From the NCBI RefSeq assembly GCF_001457595.1, contig NZ_LN831039.1, forward strand, positions 4,290,001 to 4,322,000: a stretch of DNA of 32,000 bases, read 5' to 3'. The DNA is from Mycolicibacterium smegmatis. Lineage in GTDB: Bacteria > Actinomycetota > Actinomycetes > Mycobacteriales > Mycobacteriaceae. The translations under genes were made by a program, and so were the position numbers. The notes under the pieces are model-generated. The model made no database searches. It had not been told where the DNA came from and worked only from the letters and a program-made list of their open reading frames with translations. This document shows positions 1 to 9,330 of this stretch, one piece after another. Position 1 is the stretch's first letter. Every line of letters begins with the position of its first letter.

Positions 1-250
1 GCGAGCGCAGCACGCGCCACAGGTAGTAGGTGGTCGGCTCGCCCGTGGCCTTGCGTGTGATGCCCTCGTCGGCGCGTTCGACGCGGAACCCGTCGATCAT
101 CAACACCACGATGGGAACCGCGATCAGATAGCCGAACAGCACCAGCGTCAGCAGCCCGATCGCCGTGGTCGGGTTACGCAGCGCGACACGTGCCCGGTAG
201 CCCAGTGCCCGGCGGGGCGGACCGTCCGGCAGCCGAGTCGAAACACTCAC
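1..250 (-). CDS. ABC transporter permease, N-terminal fragment (Fe3+/FbpB-ThiP-like two-domain permease), runs off the window
   Basis: Manual translation from a GTG at 250 gives VSVSTRLPDGPPRRALGYRARVALRNPTTAIGLLTLVLFGYLIAVPIVVLMIDGFRVERADEGITRKATGEPTTYYLWRVLRS, open to the window edge. It has a cytoplasmic N-terminus, one clear TM helix and the '...TTYYLWRVL' pattern seen in binding-protein-dependent permeases. Not in the supplied ORF list, presumably because it is truncated. Confidence 0.6.
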   Translation of the reverse strand, partial: MSVSTRLPDGPPRRALGYRARVALRNPTTAIGLLTLVLFGYLIAVPIVVLMIDGFRVERADEGITRKATGEPTTYYLWRVLRS

Positions 251-277
251 GGAAGGGGTCCTTGTCTCTCTACACCG

Positions 278-303
278 AAGACATCCATAAATGTGGATGT
301 CTT
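278..303. promoter_or_regulatory. Perfect palindrome AAGACATCCA-taaatg-TGGATGTCTT, candidate operator
   Basis: 10-nt arms with no mismatch around a 6-nt spacer, in the intergenic region between the divergent permease (start 250) and GntR (start 402) genes. Confidence 0.6.
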
Positions 304-401
304 GTCATAGTGACACAGCTGCGACGAGATGTACATCACCCCGATCAACTTCGGTGGCTCGCCTCACCGCCGCCCCGAGCCGGCTGGCTTAGCATGGTCG
401 G

Positions 402-1166
402 GTGACCCACAGCGCTACCCAACCCGGCGCTATCAGCGACTTCGTCCCGGTCGATCAGTCGGTGTCACTCCCCCTCTACGTGCAGGTGATCGACCAGATC
501 GAGAACGGCATCAGACGCGGCAGCCTCCCGCCAGGTTCGTTCCTGCCCGCCGAGCCACAGCTCGTACGTGACTTCCAAGTGGCCCGCGGCACCCTGCGCC
601 GGGCGATCGACTACCTGATCGACAAGGGTCTGATCGTGCGCGTCCGGGGCGTCGGAACCCGGGTCGCGGCCGCGCCGGGCATCGACAAACCCGGGATCCG
701 CAGTCTGTACGCCGAACTTGCGGCGGCCGACCGCAAACCCGCGACCAAAGTGCTCACCGTCGACACCGCCGAGGCCGACCGCGCATTGTCCGACATCACC
801 GGGTTCGCCATCGGCACACCGTTGCGGATCATCCGCAGGCTACGACTGGCCAACGATCTTCCGGTCGCGGTGATGGAGAACTACTTCCCCGCCGAGTTCC
901 CCGAACCGCGGGTGGACGAACTCACCGAGCGCAGCATGGACGAATACTGGGAACGCATCGGGCATTCCGCCGCGATGGTGCGCCAGGAGGTCATCGCGTG
1001 CCTGCCGACCGCAGAGCAGTCGGCGTTGCTCCGCATCGAGCCAGGGACCCCGATACTCTCCGAACACCTTCGGGTCTATGACGATTCGCGGCAGTTCACC
1101 AACTATTCGCGAAACTTCTACCATCCCACGCTGTACCGGATGACCTCGGTCTCCACCACTCAGTGA
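402..1166 (+). CDS. GntR-family transcriptional regulator with UTRA (HutC-type) ligand-binding domain
   Basis: N-terminal winged-helix pattern 'PLYVQVIDQIENGIRRGSLPPGSFLPAEPQLVRDFQVARGTLRRAIDYLIDKGLIVRVRGVGTRV', followed by the UTRA-like half '...RIIRRLRLANDLPVAVMENYFPAE...'. Confidence 0.93.
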   Translation: MTHSATQPGAISDFVPVDQSVSLPLYVQVIDQIENGIRRGSLPPGSFLPAEPQLVRDFQVARGTLRRAIDYLIDKGLIVRVRGVGTRVAAAPGIDKPGIRSLYAELAAADRKPATKVLTVDTAEADRALSDITGFAIGTPLRIIRRLRLANDLPVAVMENYFPAEFPEPRVDELTERSMDEYWERIGHSAAMVRQEVIACLPTAEQSALLRIEPGTPILSEHLRVYDDSRQFTNYSRNFYHPTLYRMTSVSTTQ

Positions 1167-1175
1167 CGGCCCGGC

Positions 1176-1568
1176 TCAGTATTCCTGCGGTTTCACCGCC
1201 AGCACCGGTTTGGGGCACTCCAGCAGCAACCGCTGCGACACGCTGCCGAGCAGGAGCTTGCCCACCGGGCTGCGGTGGCGGATCCCGATCACCAGCAGCT
1301 CGGCGTCGGGCCTGTCCATGGCGGTGAGCAGTTCCTCGGCCGCGTCCACGCCCACCGGCTGCCGGATCTCGAACGGCACGCCGCTGTCCCGCAGATGCTC
1401 CTCGACGTCGTGGACCTCGCCCGAGCGCGCGAACCGCGCGTCGACGTAGGCGTCACCCGCGGTCGCGTTGATCACCAGCACGCCGGTGTCCCGCCGATTG
1501 GCCTCGGCGATCCCGTGTTCGATCGCGGCCCGGCCGAACTGATCCGCGCTGTAGCCGATGACGATCAT
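1176..1568 (-). CDS. Universal stress protein (UspA family)
   Basis: 130 aa. Starts '[20 protein letters not shown]' and has the ATP-binding motif '[35 protein letters not shown]'. Confidence 0.92.
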   Translation of the reverse strand: MIVIGYSADQFGRAAIEHGIAEANRRDTGVLVINATAGDAYVDARFARSGEVHDVEEHLRDSGVPFEIRQPVGVDAAEELLTAMDRPDAELLVIGIRHRSPVGKLLLGSVSQRLLLECPKPVLAVKPQEY

Positions 1569-3112
1569 CGCTGGGCCTGCGCTTTCTCCTGCTGATCCAC
1601 ATCGTCCTCGACGATCAACAGCGTCTCCTCACTGCGGTGCATCAACCTGAGCACCAGCGGCATGAGCAGCAGGATCGCCATGAGGACATAGACCACGATC
1701 GCGACCGGTTCGGTGAACAGGCTCGACCAGTCACCGCCACCGAGCTGAAGGCTCTGGCGCAGTTGCCGTTCGATGCGCGGGCCGAGGATCACGCCGATGA
1801 TGAGCGGCAGCACCGGAAGCCCGAAGCGGCGCATCATGAGACCCAGCAGCCCGAACACCAACAGCAGCGCCAGATCCAGCGCCTGCACGTTCACCGCGAG
1901 CGCACCCAGCGTCGCGAAGAACAGGATGCCGGCGTACAGGTAGGGCCGCGGAGTGCGCAGCAGCCGCGCCCACAGTGGCGCCAGCGGCAGGTTGAGGACC
2001 AAGAGCAGGAAGTTGCCGATGAACAGGCTCGCGATCAGCGTCCAGATCAGCAGCGGCTCCTTCTCGAAAAGCGTTGGACCGGGCTGGATTCCGTAGGACA
2101 CGAACGCCGTGAGCATGACCGCCGCGGTGGCGTTGGTGGGCAGACCCAGCGACAGCATGGGAACCAACGTTCCTGCGGCCGAGGCGTTGTTGGCCGCCTC
2201 CGGGCCTGCGACACCTTCGATCGCTCCCTTGCCGAACTCCTCGGGGTGCTTGGACAGGCGTTTCTCGGTGATGTAGGACAAAAACGTCGGCAGCTCCGCG
2301 CCGCCGGCGGGCAGCGCACCGAACGGGAATCCGTATGCGGTGCCGCGCAGCCACGGCTTCCAGGACCGGCCGAAGTCCTCGCGGCTCATCCACGGCCGAC
2401 CCACCGGGATCACGTCGGCGGGGCGGCGCCGCAGATGCGCCGCGACCCACAACGCCTCGCCGAGGGCGAAGATCGCCACCGCGATGACCACGATGTCGAT
2501 GCCGTCGCTCAACAGCGGCAGTCCGAACGTCGCGCGCGGCTGCCCGGTGAGGAAATCGATGCCGACGCAGCCGATGGCCAGGCCGAGGAACAGCGAGATC
2601 GCACCGCGCAGCTTGGAGGCACCGAGCACCGCGGTCACCGCGACCAGTGCAAACAGCATGATCGCCAGATACGACGGAGCCCCGAGAGTGACCGCGAACC
2701 GTGAGATGGGCGGTGCGAACGCGGCCAGCAGCGCGGTGCCGATCGCACCGGCGACGAACGATCCGATGGCCGCGGTCGCCAGCGCCTGTGCGGCACGGCC
2801 GGCCTTGGCCATCTTGTTGCCCTCGATCGCGGTGATCACCGACGAGGATTCGCCAGGGGTGTTCAGCAGGATCGACGTCGTGGAACCGCCGTACATGCCG
2901 CCGTAGAAGATGCCGGCGAACATGATGAACGCCGCACTGGGGCTGACGTTGTAGGTCACCGGCAGCAGCAGCGCCACCGTCATCGCCGGTCCGATGCCCG
3001 GCAGCACACCCACCGCGGTGCCGAGCAGCACGCCGATCACGGCGTACAGCAGGTTCATCGGGGTGGCCGCCTCGGCGAACCCCTGCATCAACCAGTCGAA
3101 GTTCTCCATCAC
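1565..3112 (-). CDS. tctA: Tripartite tricarboxylate transporter large permease TctA
   Basis: 515 aa. Has '[20 protein letters not shown]', '[25 protein letters not shown]' and '[30 protein letters not shown]', all TctA hallmarks. Confidence 0.96.
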   Translation of the reverse strand: MMENFDWLMQGFAEAATPMNLLYAVIGVLLGTAVGVLPGIGPAMTVALLLPVTYNVSPSAAFIMFAGIFYGGMYGGSTTSILLNTPGESSSVITAIEGNKMAKAGRAAQALATAAIGSFVAGAIGTALLAAFAPPISRFAVTLGAPSYLAIMLFALVAVTAVLGASKLRGAISLFLGLAIGCVGIDFLTGQPRATFGLPLLSDGIDIVVIAVAIFALGEALWVAAHLRRRPADVIPVGRPWMSREDFGRSWKPWLRGTAYGFPFGALPAGGAELPTFLSYITEKRLSKHPEEFGKGAIEGVAGPEAANNASAAGTLVPMLSLGLPTNATAAVMLTAFVSYGIQPGPTLFEKEPLLIWTLIASLFIGNFLLLVLNLPLAPLWARLLRTPRPYLYAGILFFATLGALAVNVQALDLALLLVFGLLGLMMRRFGLPVLPLIIGVILGPRIERQLRQSLQLGGGDWSSLFTEPVAIVVYVLMAILLLMPLVLRLMHRSEETLLIVEDDVDQQEKAQAQR

Positions 3113-3645
3113 AGAATCCCGTCCAGAATGCCTGCGGGCAGCGGGATCCCGAGCCCGGAGTAGAACGCGTAGAAGCTCAGCACCGACAGCACCGCACCGA
3201 TCGCGATGTTGCGGACGTAGTGGTGGTTGCCCAGGACCGTTGCCGCACCGGCGAACAACAGTGCACCGGTGATCGCCCAGCCCAGCGGTTGCACGAGCAC
3301 GATCACCGCGACGAACAACCCGACCAGCAAGCCCACGGTGCGCCAGTCCCCCGGCGAGTTCGGGTCGACGTCTTCACCGGCGTCGGCCTCGCCGACCGAT
3401 CCGCGGGGTATCGCGATCGCCAGCACCGCCGCCAGCGCGATGAGCACTACGCCGATGCCCAGCGGGAACATCCGTGGCCCCACGGGATCCACCTTCGCGA
3501 AACCTTCGGCCAGGGTCAGGGCGTCGTAGATGAGGAACGCGCCGACGGCGACCAGCACGGCGCACACGAGGTACTGCGCGCGATCGACCCTGCGCTCACG
3601 GATTTCGGTCCCGGCTTCTGCGTTGGGCAGCGAATCCTCGGTCAT
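3109..3645 (-). CDS. tctB: Tripartite tricarboxylate transporter small subunit TctB
   Basis: In-frame ATG at 3645 ([45 protein letters not shown]...) inside the longer ORF 3109..4179. Small protein with four predicted TM segments between tctC and tctA, overlapping both by 4 nt. Confidence 0.9.
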   Translation of the reverse strand: MTEDSLPNAEAGTEIRERRVDRAQYLVCAVLVAVGAFLIYDALTLAEGFAKVDPVGPRMFPLGIGVVLIALAAVLAIAIPRGSVGEADAGEDVDPNSPGDWRTVGLLVGLFVAVIVLVQPLGWAITGALLFAGAATVLGNHHYVRNIAIGAVLSVLSFYAFYSGLGIPLPAGILDGIL

Positions 3646-4637
3646 AGCAACCCCAAATCGGTCAGCGTCGTCGAGACGCGCTCGTCCTGGTCCTTGAGGA
3701 ACTGCTCGAATTCCGGCCCCGTGGTGAAGGCGTCGCTCCAGCCGTTCTTGACCATGGCTTCCTTCCACTGGTCGGTGTCGTGCAGTTCGGTGAGCGCGCC
3801 CACCATGGCGTCGCGCGCGTCGTCGGAAATGCCCGGCGGCGCAAGCACTCCGCGCCAGTTGGTGAACGTCAGATCGATACCGGCCTCGGTGAGGGTCGGT
3901 GCGTCGATGCCCTGGACCCGCTCGGCGCCGGACACCGCGAGCACGCGGACCTGTCCCGCCTCGATCTGGTCGACGAACTCGCCGAGGCCGGTGGTCCCCG
4001 CCGCGATCTTCTTGCCCAGCAACGCCGTCAACAGGTCGCCGCCACCGTCGTAGGTGATGTAGTTGACCTGGCGCGGATCGACACCCACCGCACGCGCGGT
4101 CTCCATCGGGAACAGATGGTCCGGCCCGCCCGGCGAGGATCCGCCACCGATCGAGACCTTCGACGGATCGGCCTTCCACGCCGCCACCAGGTCACCGATG
4201 GTGCGGAACGGTGAATCGCCGGGAACGAGGATTCCCTCCTGCTCCTCGACCATCTTCGCCAGTGCGGTCGCGTCGGAGGCACGCGCCGACGAACCGTTGG
4301 TGTACACCGCGCCGACCACGCCGAGCCCCATCATCATCATGAGGTCGTCGTTGCCCCGTTCGTTCATCAACCGCGCCATCGCCACGGTGCCGCCCGCGCC
4401 GATCACGTTGAACACCTCGATGCGCCCGGTGATGTCGGTGTCCTCCATGATCTTCACCGCCGTGCGTGCGGTGAGGTCGTAACCGCCGCCGGGGCTGTTC
4501 GGCACCATCATGCGCAGGCGGTGCAGGCCGCGGGATTCGTCGCCGCGCGTGACGCCGCACGCGGTCACCAGCGTCACCGCGAGCAGCACGGCCACCAACG
4601 CGGCCCACAATTGTCGAAGCCTCACTGCAGTCCCCAA
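3642..4637 (-). CDS. tctC: Tripartite tricarboxylate transporter substrate-binding lipoprotein TctC
   Basis: Signal peptide/lipobox 'LLAVTLVTAC', then 'MVPNSPGGGYDLTARTAVKIM...NVIGAGGTVA' and 'DLLTALLGKKIAAGTTGLGEFVDQIEAGQVRVLAVSG'. A GTG at 4625 is an alternative start. Confidence 0.94.
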   Translation of the reverse strand: MGTAVRLRQLWAALVAVLLAVTLVTACGVTRGDESRGLHRLRMMVPNSPGGGYDLTARTAVKIMEDTDITGRIEVFNVIGAGGTVAMARLMNERGNDDLMMMMGLGVVGAVYTNGSSARASDATALAKMVEEQEGILVPGDSPFRTIGDLVAAWKADPSKVSIGGGSSPGGPDHLFPMETARAVGVDPRQVNYITYDGGGDLLTALLGKKIAAGTTGLGEFVDQIEAGQVRVLAVSGAERVQGIDAPTLTEAGIDLTFTNWRGVLAPPGISDDARDAMVGALTELHDTDQWKEAMVKNGWSDAFTTGPEFEQFLKDQDERVSTTLTDLGLL

Positions 4638-4687
4638 TCACTGCGTCCCGAAGAAAAGGTGATGCTCAGCCATACTGGACCCGACGA

Positions 4688-4701
4688 GTGACCCAGGTCA
4701 C
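4688..4701. promoter_or_regulatory. Inverted repeat GTGACC-CA-GGTCAC, candidate operator between tctC and the sensor kinase gene
   Basis: Perfect 6-nt arms in the 93-nt divergent intergenic region. Confidence 0.35.
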
Positions 4702-4730
4702 CAATTCGAACGCAAAGGAAGTTTTGGTCT

Positions 4731-6401
4731 TTGAGTTCAACCCAGAGTTCACCGCTCGCGCGGCTGCGCAGCCTGCCCGGCGACCGGGTACATGCGGCCA
4801 GCCTGGCCGGCCGGTTCCTGGTCTTCCAACTGCTGGTGGTCGCCGTCGTCCTCGGCGCGGTGGCCGCGATCTCGGTGGCGCAGTCCACCCGCGAGTTCCG
4901 TGAGGTGCGCGGCCAGCGCATGATCGCCGTCGCCGAGAACGTGGCGTCCACCCCCATCGTGCGCGACCGCTACGCCGATCCGTTCGCGACCAGGATCCTC
5001 GCGCCCGAGGTCGACCGCGCGGTCGCCCTCTCGGGTGCCGACCTGGTCGAGATCACCGATCCCGCCGGCGTTGTGCGGGCGTCGTCGGAACCGGCCCGGG
5101 TCGGGCAGCGCATCGACCTGGACACCAGCCGCGCCGACGAGGGGCGCTCGTGGTTCGGGGACGACACGATCGATGGCCTGCACAGCCTCGTCGGGCAGGT
5201 GCCGGTCCTGGCGCCGTCCGGCGAGCCCCTGGCCATCGTCTCGGCCAGCGAGCACTACCCGTCGGTGTGGGAACTGCTCAGCGGCTCCGGCGAACGGTTG
5301 CTGATCTACCTCGGGATCGGCGCCGCACTCGGGCTGTTCACCTCATGGTTGCTGTCGCGGCGCATCAAACGCCATACCCGCGGCCTGGACATCGCCGAGA
5401 TCGCGAGCCTTGCCGATCACCGAGAAGCACTGCTGCACAGCATCCGAGAGGGCGTCGTCGCGGTGAACACCGACGGGTCCGTGACAGTGCTCAACGACAG
5501 CGCGTGCGAACTGCTGGGCATCGGCCCCGACGCGGTCGGCCGCCACGTGGGCGCCATCGGGCTCGAACCGGCCGTGGTGGACTTCCTGCTGTCCGGCCAC
5601 GACGCCCGCACCGACGAGACCGCGAACGAGAGCGACGTCATCATCGCGACCCGCACCCGCGTGCTGGCGCTCAACCGGCGCGCGGCCAGCAGCCAGGGGC
5701 ACCGCATCGGTACCGTGACCACCATGCGCGACAGCACCGAACTCGCTGCGCTGCAGGCACAGTTGTCCTCGCACCGCAGTGTCACCGATACATTGCGTGC
5801 CCAGACCCACGAGTTCGCCAACCAGTTGCACACCATCTCCGGACTGGTCCAGCTCGGCGAGTTCGACGCGGTCCGAGATCTGGTCGGCACCTTGACCCGT
5901 CGCCGAGCCGAGATCAACGATGCTGTCACCCAACATGTTTCCGATCCCGCTGTCGCGGCACTGCTGATCGCGAAAACCTCGCTGGCGGCCGAACGCGGGG
6001 TCGCGCTGAACCTCACCGACGACAGTCACCTGGCCGCACTGGATCCGGCGCTGGCCACCGACGTCATCACGCTGCTGGGCAACCTGGTGGACAACGCCGT
6101 AGACGTATCGGCCGTGCCCGGCGGTTCGTCCGCCGCACACGTCTCGGTGCGCCTGGACGACTCGGCCGGGCTGCTGCTGCAGGTGTCGGATTCGGGTCCC
6201 GGCGTGCCCGCACACCTGCGCGAGTCGATCTTCGCGCGCGGCGTGACGTCGAAACCGGACGTGCCGGGCGGGCGCGGCATCGGCCTCGCGCTGGTGCGGC
6301 TCGTGACCGCACAGCACGGCGGCAGCATCGAGGTCACCGACGGCCCGGGCGGCGGCGCGTCGTTCGTCGTGCGGCTTCCGGAGGTGACCGCCCGTGCGTG
6401 A
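4731..6401 (+). CDS. Sensor histidine kinase, CitA/DcuS family
   Basis: TTG start with AAAGGAAG upstream. Two TM segments flank an extracytoplasmic sensor. PAS-like region, H-box 'TLRAQTHEFANQLHTISGLVQLG' and HATPase N/G boxes 'NLVDNAVD...DSGPGVP...GRGIGLALVRLV'. Confidence 0.93.
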   Translation: MSSTQSSPLARLRSLPGDRVHAASLAGRFLVFQLLVVAVVLGAVAAISVAQSTREFREVRGQRMIAVAENVASTPIVRDRYADPFATRILAPEVDRAVALSGADLVEITDPAGVVRASSEPARVGQRIDLDTSRADEGRSWFGDDTIDGLHSLVGQVPVLAPSGEPLAIVSASEHYPSVWELLSGSGERLLIYLGIGAALGLFTSWLLSRRIKRHTRGLDIAEIASLADHREALLHSIREGVVAVNTDGSVTVLNDSACELLGIGPDAVGRHVGAIGLEPAVVDFLLSGHDARTDETANESDVIIATRTRVLALNRRAASSQGHRIGTVTTMRDSTELAALQAQLSSHRSVTDTLRAQTHEFANQLHTISGLVQLGEFDAVRDLVGTLTRRRAEINDAVTQHVSDPAVAALLIAKTSLAAERGVALNLTDDSHLAALDPALATDVITLLGNLVDNAVDVSAVPGGSSAAHVSVRLDDSAGLLLQVSDSGPGVPAHLRESIFARGVTSKPDVPGGRGIGLALVRLVTAQHGGSIEVTDGPGGGASFVVRLPEVTARA

Positions 6402-7068
6402 TGTACTCGTCGTCGACGACGACTTCATGGTCGCCGAGATCCACCGGCGCTTCGTCGAACGCGTCGACGGCTTCCGCGCCGTCGGTGTCGCGCGCACCGG
6501 GACCGAAGCGCTGGCCTCCGCGCAGAATCTGCGACCCGACCTGATCCTGCTCGACGTCTATCTGCCCGACATGACGGGGCTGGAGGTGTTGCAACGTCTG
6601 CGCGCCGACGGAAACCTGGTCGGGGTCATCATGATCACCGCGGCCCGCGAACTCGACACGGTCCGTGGCGCATTGGACGGCGGGGCGGCCGACTACCTGA
6701 TCAAACCGTTCGAGTTCGACCACCTGCGGACCAAACTCGAGGCGTTCGCCGCGCGTGCCGACGCGCTGGCGGCCGACGGCGGTGCCGACCAATCCATGAT
6801 CGACGCGCTGTTCGGCGGCTCGTCACCGGCGACGGCCTCGCCCCTGCCCAAGGGTCTCGGCGCCGAGACCGGGCGGCTGGTGATGGACGCGGTGCGCAAC
6901 GCCGGGGAGGTGTCGGCGGCGCAATGCGCCGAGCTGGTCGGGATCTCCCGTGTGAGCGCACGGCGCTACCTCGAGCACTACCTGAGCACCGGCGCGCTGG
7001 AGTTGCGGTTGCAGTACGGCACCGGACGGCCCGAGCGGCGCTACCGGATCCCCGACCGGATGCGGTAG
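6394..7068 (+). CDS. Response regulator, CitB/DcuR family
   Basis: 'MRDVLVVDDDFMVAEIHRRFVERV...PDLILLDVYLPDMTGLEVLQRL' receiver domain and a C-terminal HTH ('VSAAQCAELVGISRVSARRYLEHYLSTG'). Overlaps the kinase gene by 8 nt. Confidence 0.95.
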   Translation: MRDVLVVDDDFMVAEIHRRFVERVDGFRAVGVARTGTEALASAQNLRPDLILLDVYLPDMTGLEVLQRLRADGNLVGVIMITAARELDTVRGALDGGAADYLIKPFEFDHLRTKLEAFAARADALAADGGADQSMIDALFGGSSPATASPLPKGLGAETGRLVMDAVRNAGEVSAAQCAELVGISRVSARRYLEHYLSTGALELRLQYGTGRPERRYRIPDRMR

Positions 7069-7261
7069 CCGGATGCCCGGGCTGTTCGCGGTGTACCGAT
7101 CGTCGTTGCCGCACAACGGATCACGTCGGGCCCACGGCGGAATCGGGCAAACGGCTCAGTGAGCGGCCTGGACGGTCGATCGCACCTGCCGCCGACGTTC
7201 GACGCGGCGTGATCGAGAACACCCGGCCGGACGCCCATGCGAGGGACACGCTGCCAGACGC

Positions 7262-8002
7262 GTGCTGAATAATGCTGGTGTGGCACCGAAAGTCCTGTTC
7301 ATCCACAACGAACACATGTGCACCGAGGCGATGCTCGGCGACGCATTCTCCGAGTGCGGCTTCGACATCGAGACCTTCGAGGTGGTCCCGCCCGAGCGCG
7401 TGGAAACCCCGGCCGGCGACGTCGCATTCCCGGATCCCACCGCATACGACGTGATCGTGCCCCTCGGCGCGCGGTGGCCCGTGTACGAGCAGTCCCTGGT
7501 CGGCACCTGGGTGACCGCCGAGATGGACATGATGCGCAAGGCCGCCGACGCCGGTGTCGGCATCCTCGGGGTGTGCTTCGGCGGACAGTTGCTGGCCCAG
7601 ACGTTCGGTGGTTCGGTCGCACGCGCCGAGACCGCGGAGGTCGGCTGGTTCGAACTCGACACCGACGATGCCGGGCTGATCGCCCCGGGCCCGTGGTTCC
7701 AGTGGCACTTCGACCGCTGGACGGTGCCGCCGGGCGCCACCGAGATCGCGCGGACGTCACGGTCGTCGCAGGCCTTCGTGCTGGGACGTGCGCTGGCGCT
7801 GCAGTTCCACCCCGAGGTGGATGTCGATCTGCTGGAGGGCTGGCTGGCCGACGACCGCGAGGGCATTTCCGGCAAGCTCGGTTACAACCACGACGACTTG
7901 CGTTTGCGCACAAAGGAACTCGTCGACGACGCGGCCGTGCGCGTGCGTGAGCTCGTGCGGGCGTTCCTCGACAAGGTGGTCCGGGCCGACCCTGCGTCGT
8001 AG
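7262..8002 (+). CDS. Class I glutamine amidotransferase-like protein
   Basis: 'GVLGVCFGGQLLAQTFGG' fits the catalytic Cys context (sequence reads GILGVCFGGQLLAQTFGG) and 'ALQFHPEVDVDLLEGWL' supplies the His. A GTG at 7280 is an alternative start. Confidence 0.88.
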   Translation: MLNNAGVAPKVLFIHNEHMCTEAMLGDAFSECGFDIETFEVVPPERVETPAGDVAFPDPTAYDVIVPLGARWPVYEQSLVGTWVTAEMDMMRKAADAGVGILGVCFGGQLLAQTFGGSVARAETAEVGWFELDTDDAGLIAPGPWFQWHFDRWTVPPGATEIARTSRSSQAFVLGRALALQFHPEVDVDLLEGWLADDREGISGKLGYNHDDLRLRTKELVDDAAVRVRELVRAFLDKVVRADPAS

Positions 8003-8047
8003 GCTGGAGCGGTCGGAAGCAGATCCGCAAGACCGCAGACAGGCCAG

Positions 8048-8725
8048 ATGAGCGCATGGAGCGTCCGTCACGACGCCATCCGCACATTCCAGGATCGCCG
8101 CGAGGCAGGCCGGGTCCTGGCGCAGCGCCTGTCGTCCTATCGCGATGATCCCGACGTGCTCGTCCTGGGACTCGCCCGCGGCGGCGTTCCGGTCGCGTGG
8201 GAGGTGGCGGCTCACCTGCGGGCACCGCTCGACGTGTTCCTGGTGCGCAAGCTGGGGGTTCCGCAGTGGCAGGAACTCGCGATGGGGGCCGTGGCCTCAG
8301 GCGGCGGCGTGGTGCTCAACGAGAAGTTGATGGACCGGCTCGGCATCAGCGACGACGACATGGCCGAGACGCTGCGCCGCGAGACGATCGAACTTGAGCG
8401 CCGCGAGCAGGCCTACCGCGGCGACCGCGAACCGCTGCAGGTCGCGGGCCGGACGGTGATCCTGGTCGACGACGGCATCGCCACGGGAGCCAGCATGATG
8501 GCCGCGGTACGCGCGGTCCGCGGCGCGCGGCGCGTGGTGGTTGCGGTTCCCGTGGGCCCGCCCGGGGTGTGCCGGGAACTGGCGGCCGAGGCCGACGACG
8601 TGGTGTGCGCGAGCATGCCGCAGGACTTCGAGGCCGTCGGACAGGCGTTCGCAGACTTCCACCAGGTCAGCGACGACGAGGTGCGCGAATTGCTCGCGAC
8701 ACCGACCACCGACCCGGTGCGGTGA
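8048..8725 (+). CDS. Phosphoribosyltransferase family protein
   Basis: PRPP-binding motif '[27 protein letters not shown]' and N-terminal '[36 protein letters not shown]'. Confidence 0.93.
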   Translation: MSAWSVRHDAIRTFQDRREAGRVLAQRLSSYRDDPDVLVLGLARGGVPVAWEVAAHLRAPLDVFLVRKLGVPQWQELAMGAVASGGGVVLNEKLMDRLGISDDDMAETLRRETIELERREQAYRGDREPLQVAGRTVILVDDGIATGASMMAAVRAVRGARRVVVAVPVGPPGVCRELAAEADDVVCASMPQDFEAVGQAFADFHQVSDDEVRELLATPTTDPVR

Positions 8726-8726
8726 G

Positions 8727-9236
8727 CTAGTTCTTGCGCTCTTCGGTCTCGGCGTCGGACGCGGTTGCGGTGACTTCTGGGGTGTCCGTGTCGCCCGTCG
8801 CCTCGGGCTCGTCGCTCGCATCGACGTCATCTGCGGCCGTTTCGGCGGCGACCCCGTCTGACATGGTCTCCTCCGAGGCCGCTGCATTCTCGGCGTCCAC
8901 CGCATCCTCGGGGTAATCGACCGGCTCGTCGGCGTCGACCTCGGCGGTGTCCTGCACCGCCGCGATCACCTGGGTGTCGCGGCTGCTGTCGTACTCCTCG
9001 TCGACCTCTTCGGCCGCCTGGTCGACGTCGGCCTCACCATCGGCAGCGGCGCCTGAGCCGCGGGCCGACGTGCGTGCGCCGCGGGAGCGCTCACGCAGAG
9101 CGTCGACGATCAGCAGGACCACGCCGAGCACGCTGGCGCCGATGCAGACCCAGGCGATCAGTTCGTTGCTGGTGACCACGGCGGTCACCAGCGCTGCCAG
9201 GCCGATGACGGCGAGCACGAGCGCAATGATCAACAT
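8727..9236 (-). CDS. Small membrane protein with a long acidic low-complexity C-terminal tail, function unknown
   Basis: ATG at 9236 (MLIIALVLAVIGLAALVTAVVTSNELIAWVCIGASVLGVVLLIVDALRER...): two TM helices and then an E/D/A-rich tail. The ORF track start at 9269 is probably too long. Confidence 0.75.
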   Translation of the reverse strand: MLIIALVLAVIGLAALVTAVVTSNELIAWVCIGASVLGVVLLIVDALRERSRGARTSARGSGAAADGEADVDQAAEEVDEEYDSSRDTQVIAAVQDTAEVDADEPVDYPEDAVDAENAAASEETMSDGVAAETAADDVDASDEPEATGDTDTPEVTATASDAETEERKN

Positions 9237-9330
9237 TGTTTGAACCCTAGGGTGTGGCGGTCCGACCACGGTGACGGACCCATCGAGTCAGCCCCGGGTC
9301 GTGTCGACGCGGGGCCTGTCGCCGGACGAG

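Noticed and set aside
3646-4179. N-terminal part of the 356-aa ORF 3109..4179
   Set aside because: It overlaps tctC out of frame. Only the C-terminal 178 residues from the ATG at 3645 form a plausible TctB.
5150-6544. 464-aa plus-strand ORF in an alternative frame of the sensor kinase gene
   Set aside because: R/H/G/P-rich out-of-frame translation. The 4731..6401 frame has all kinase motifs.
9259-9280. GGTCCG...CGGACC inverted repeat between wag31 and the downstream membrane protein gene, considered as a terminator
   Set aside because: Only 6-bp arms, a 10-nt loop and no T-tract. Not enough to call a terminator.
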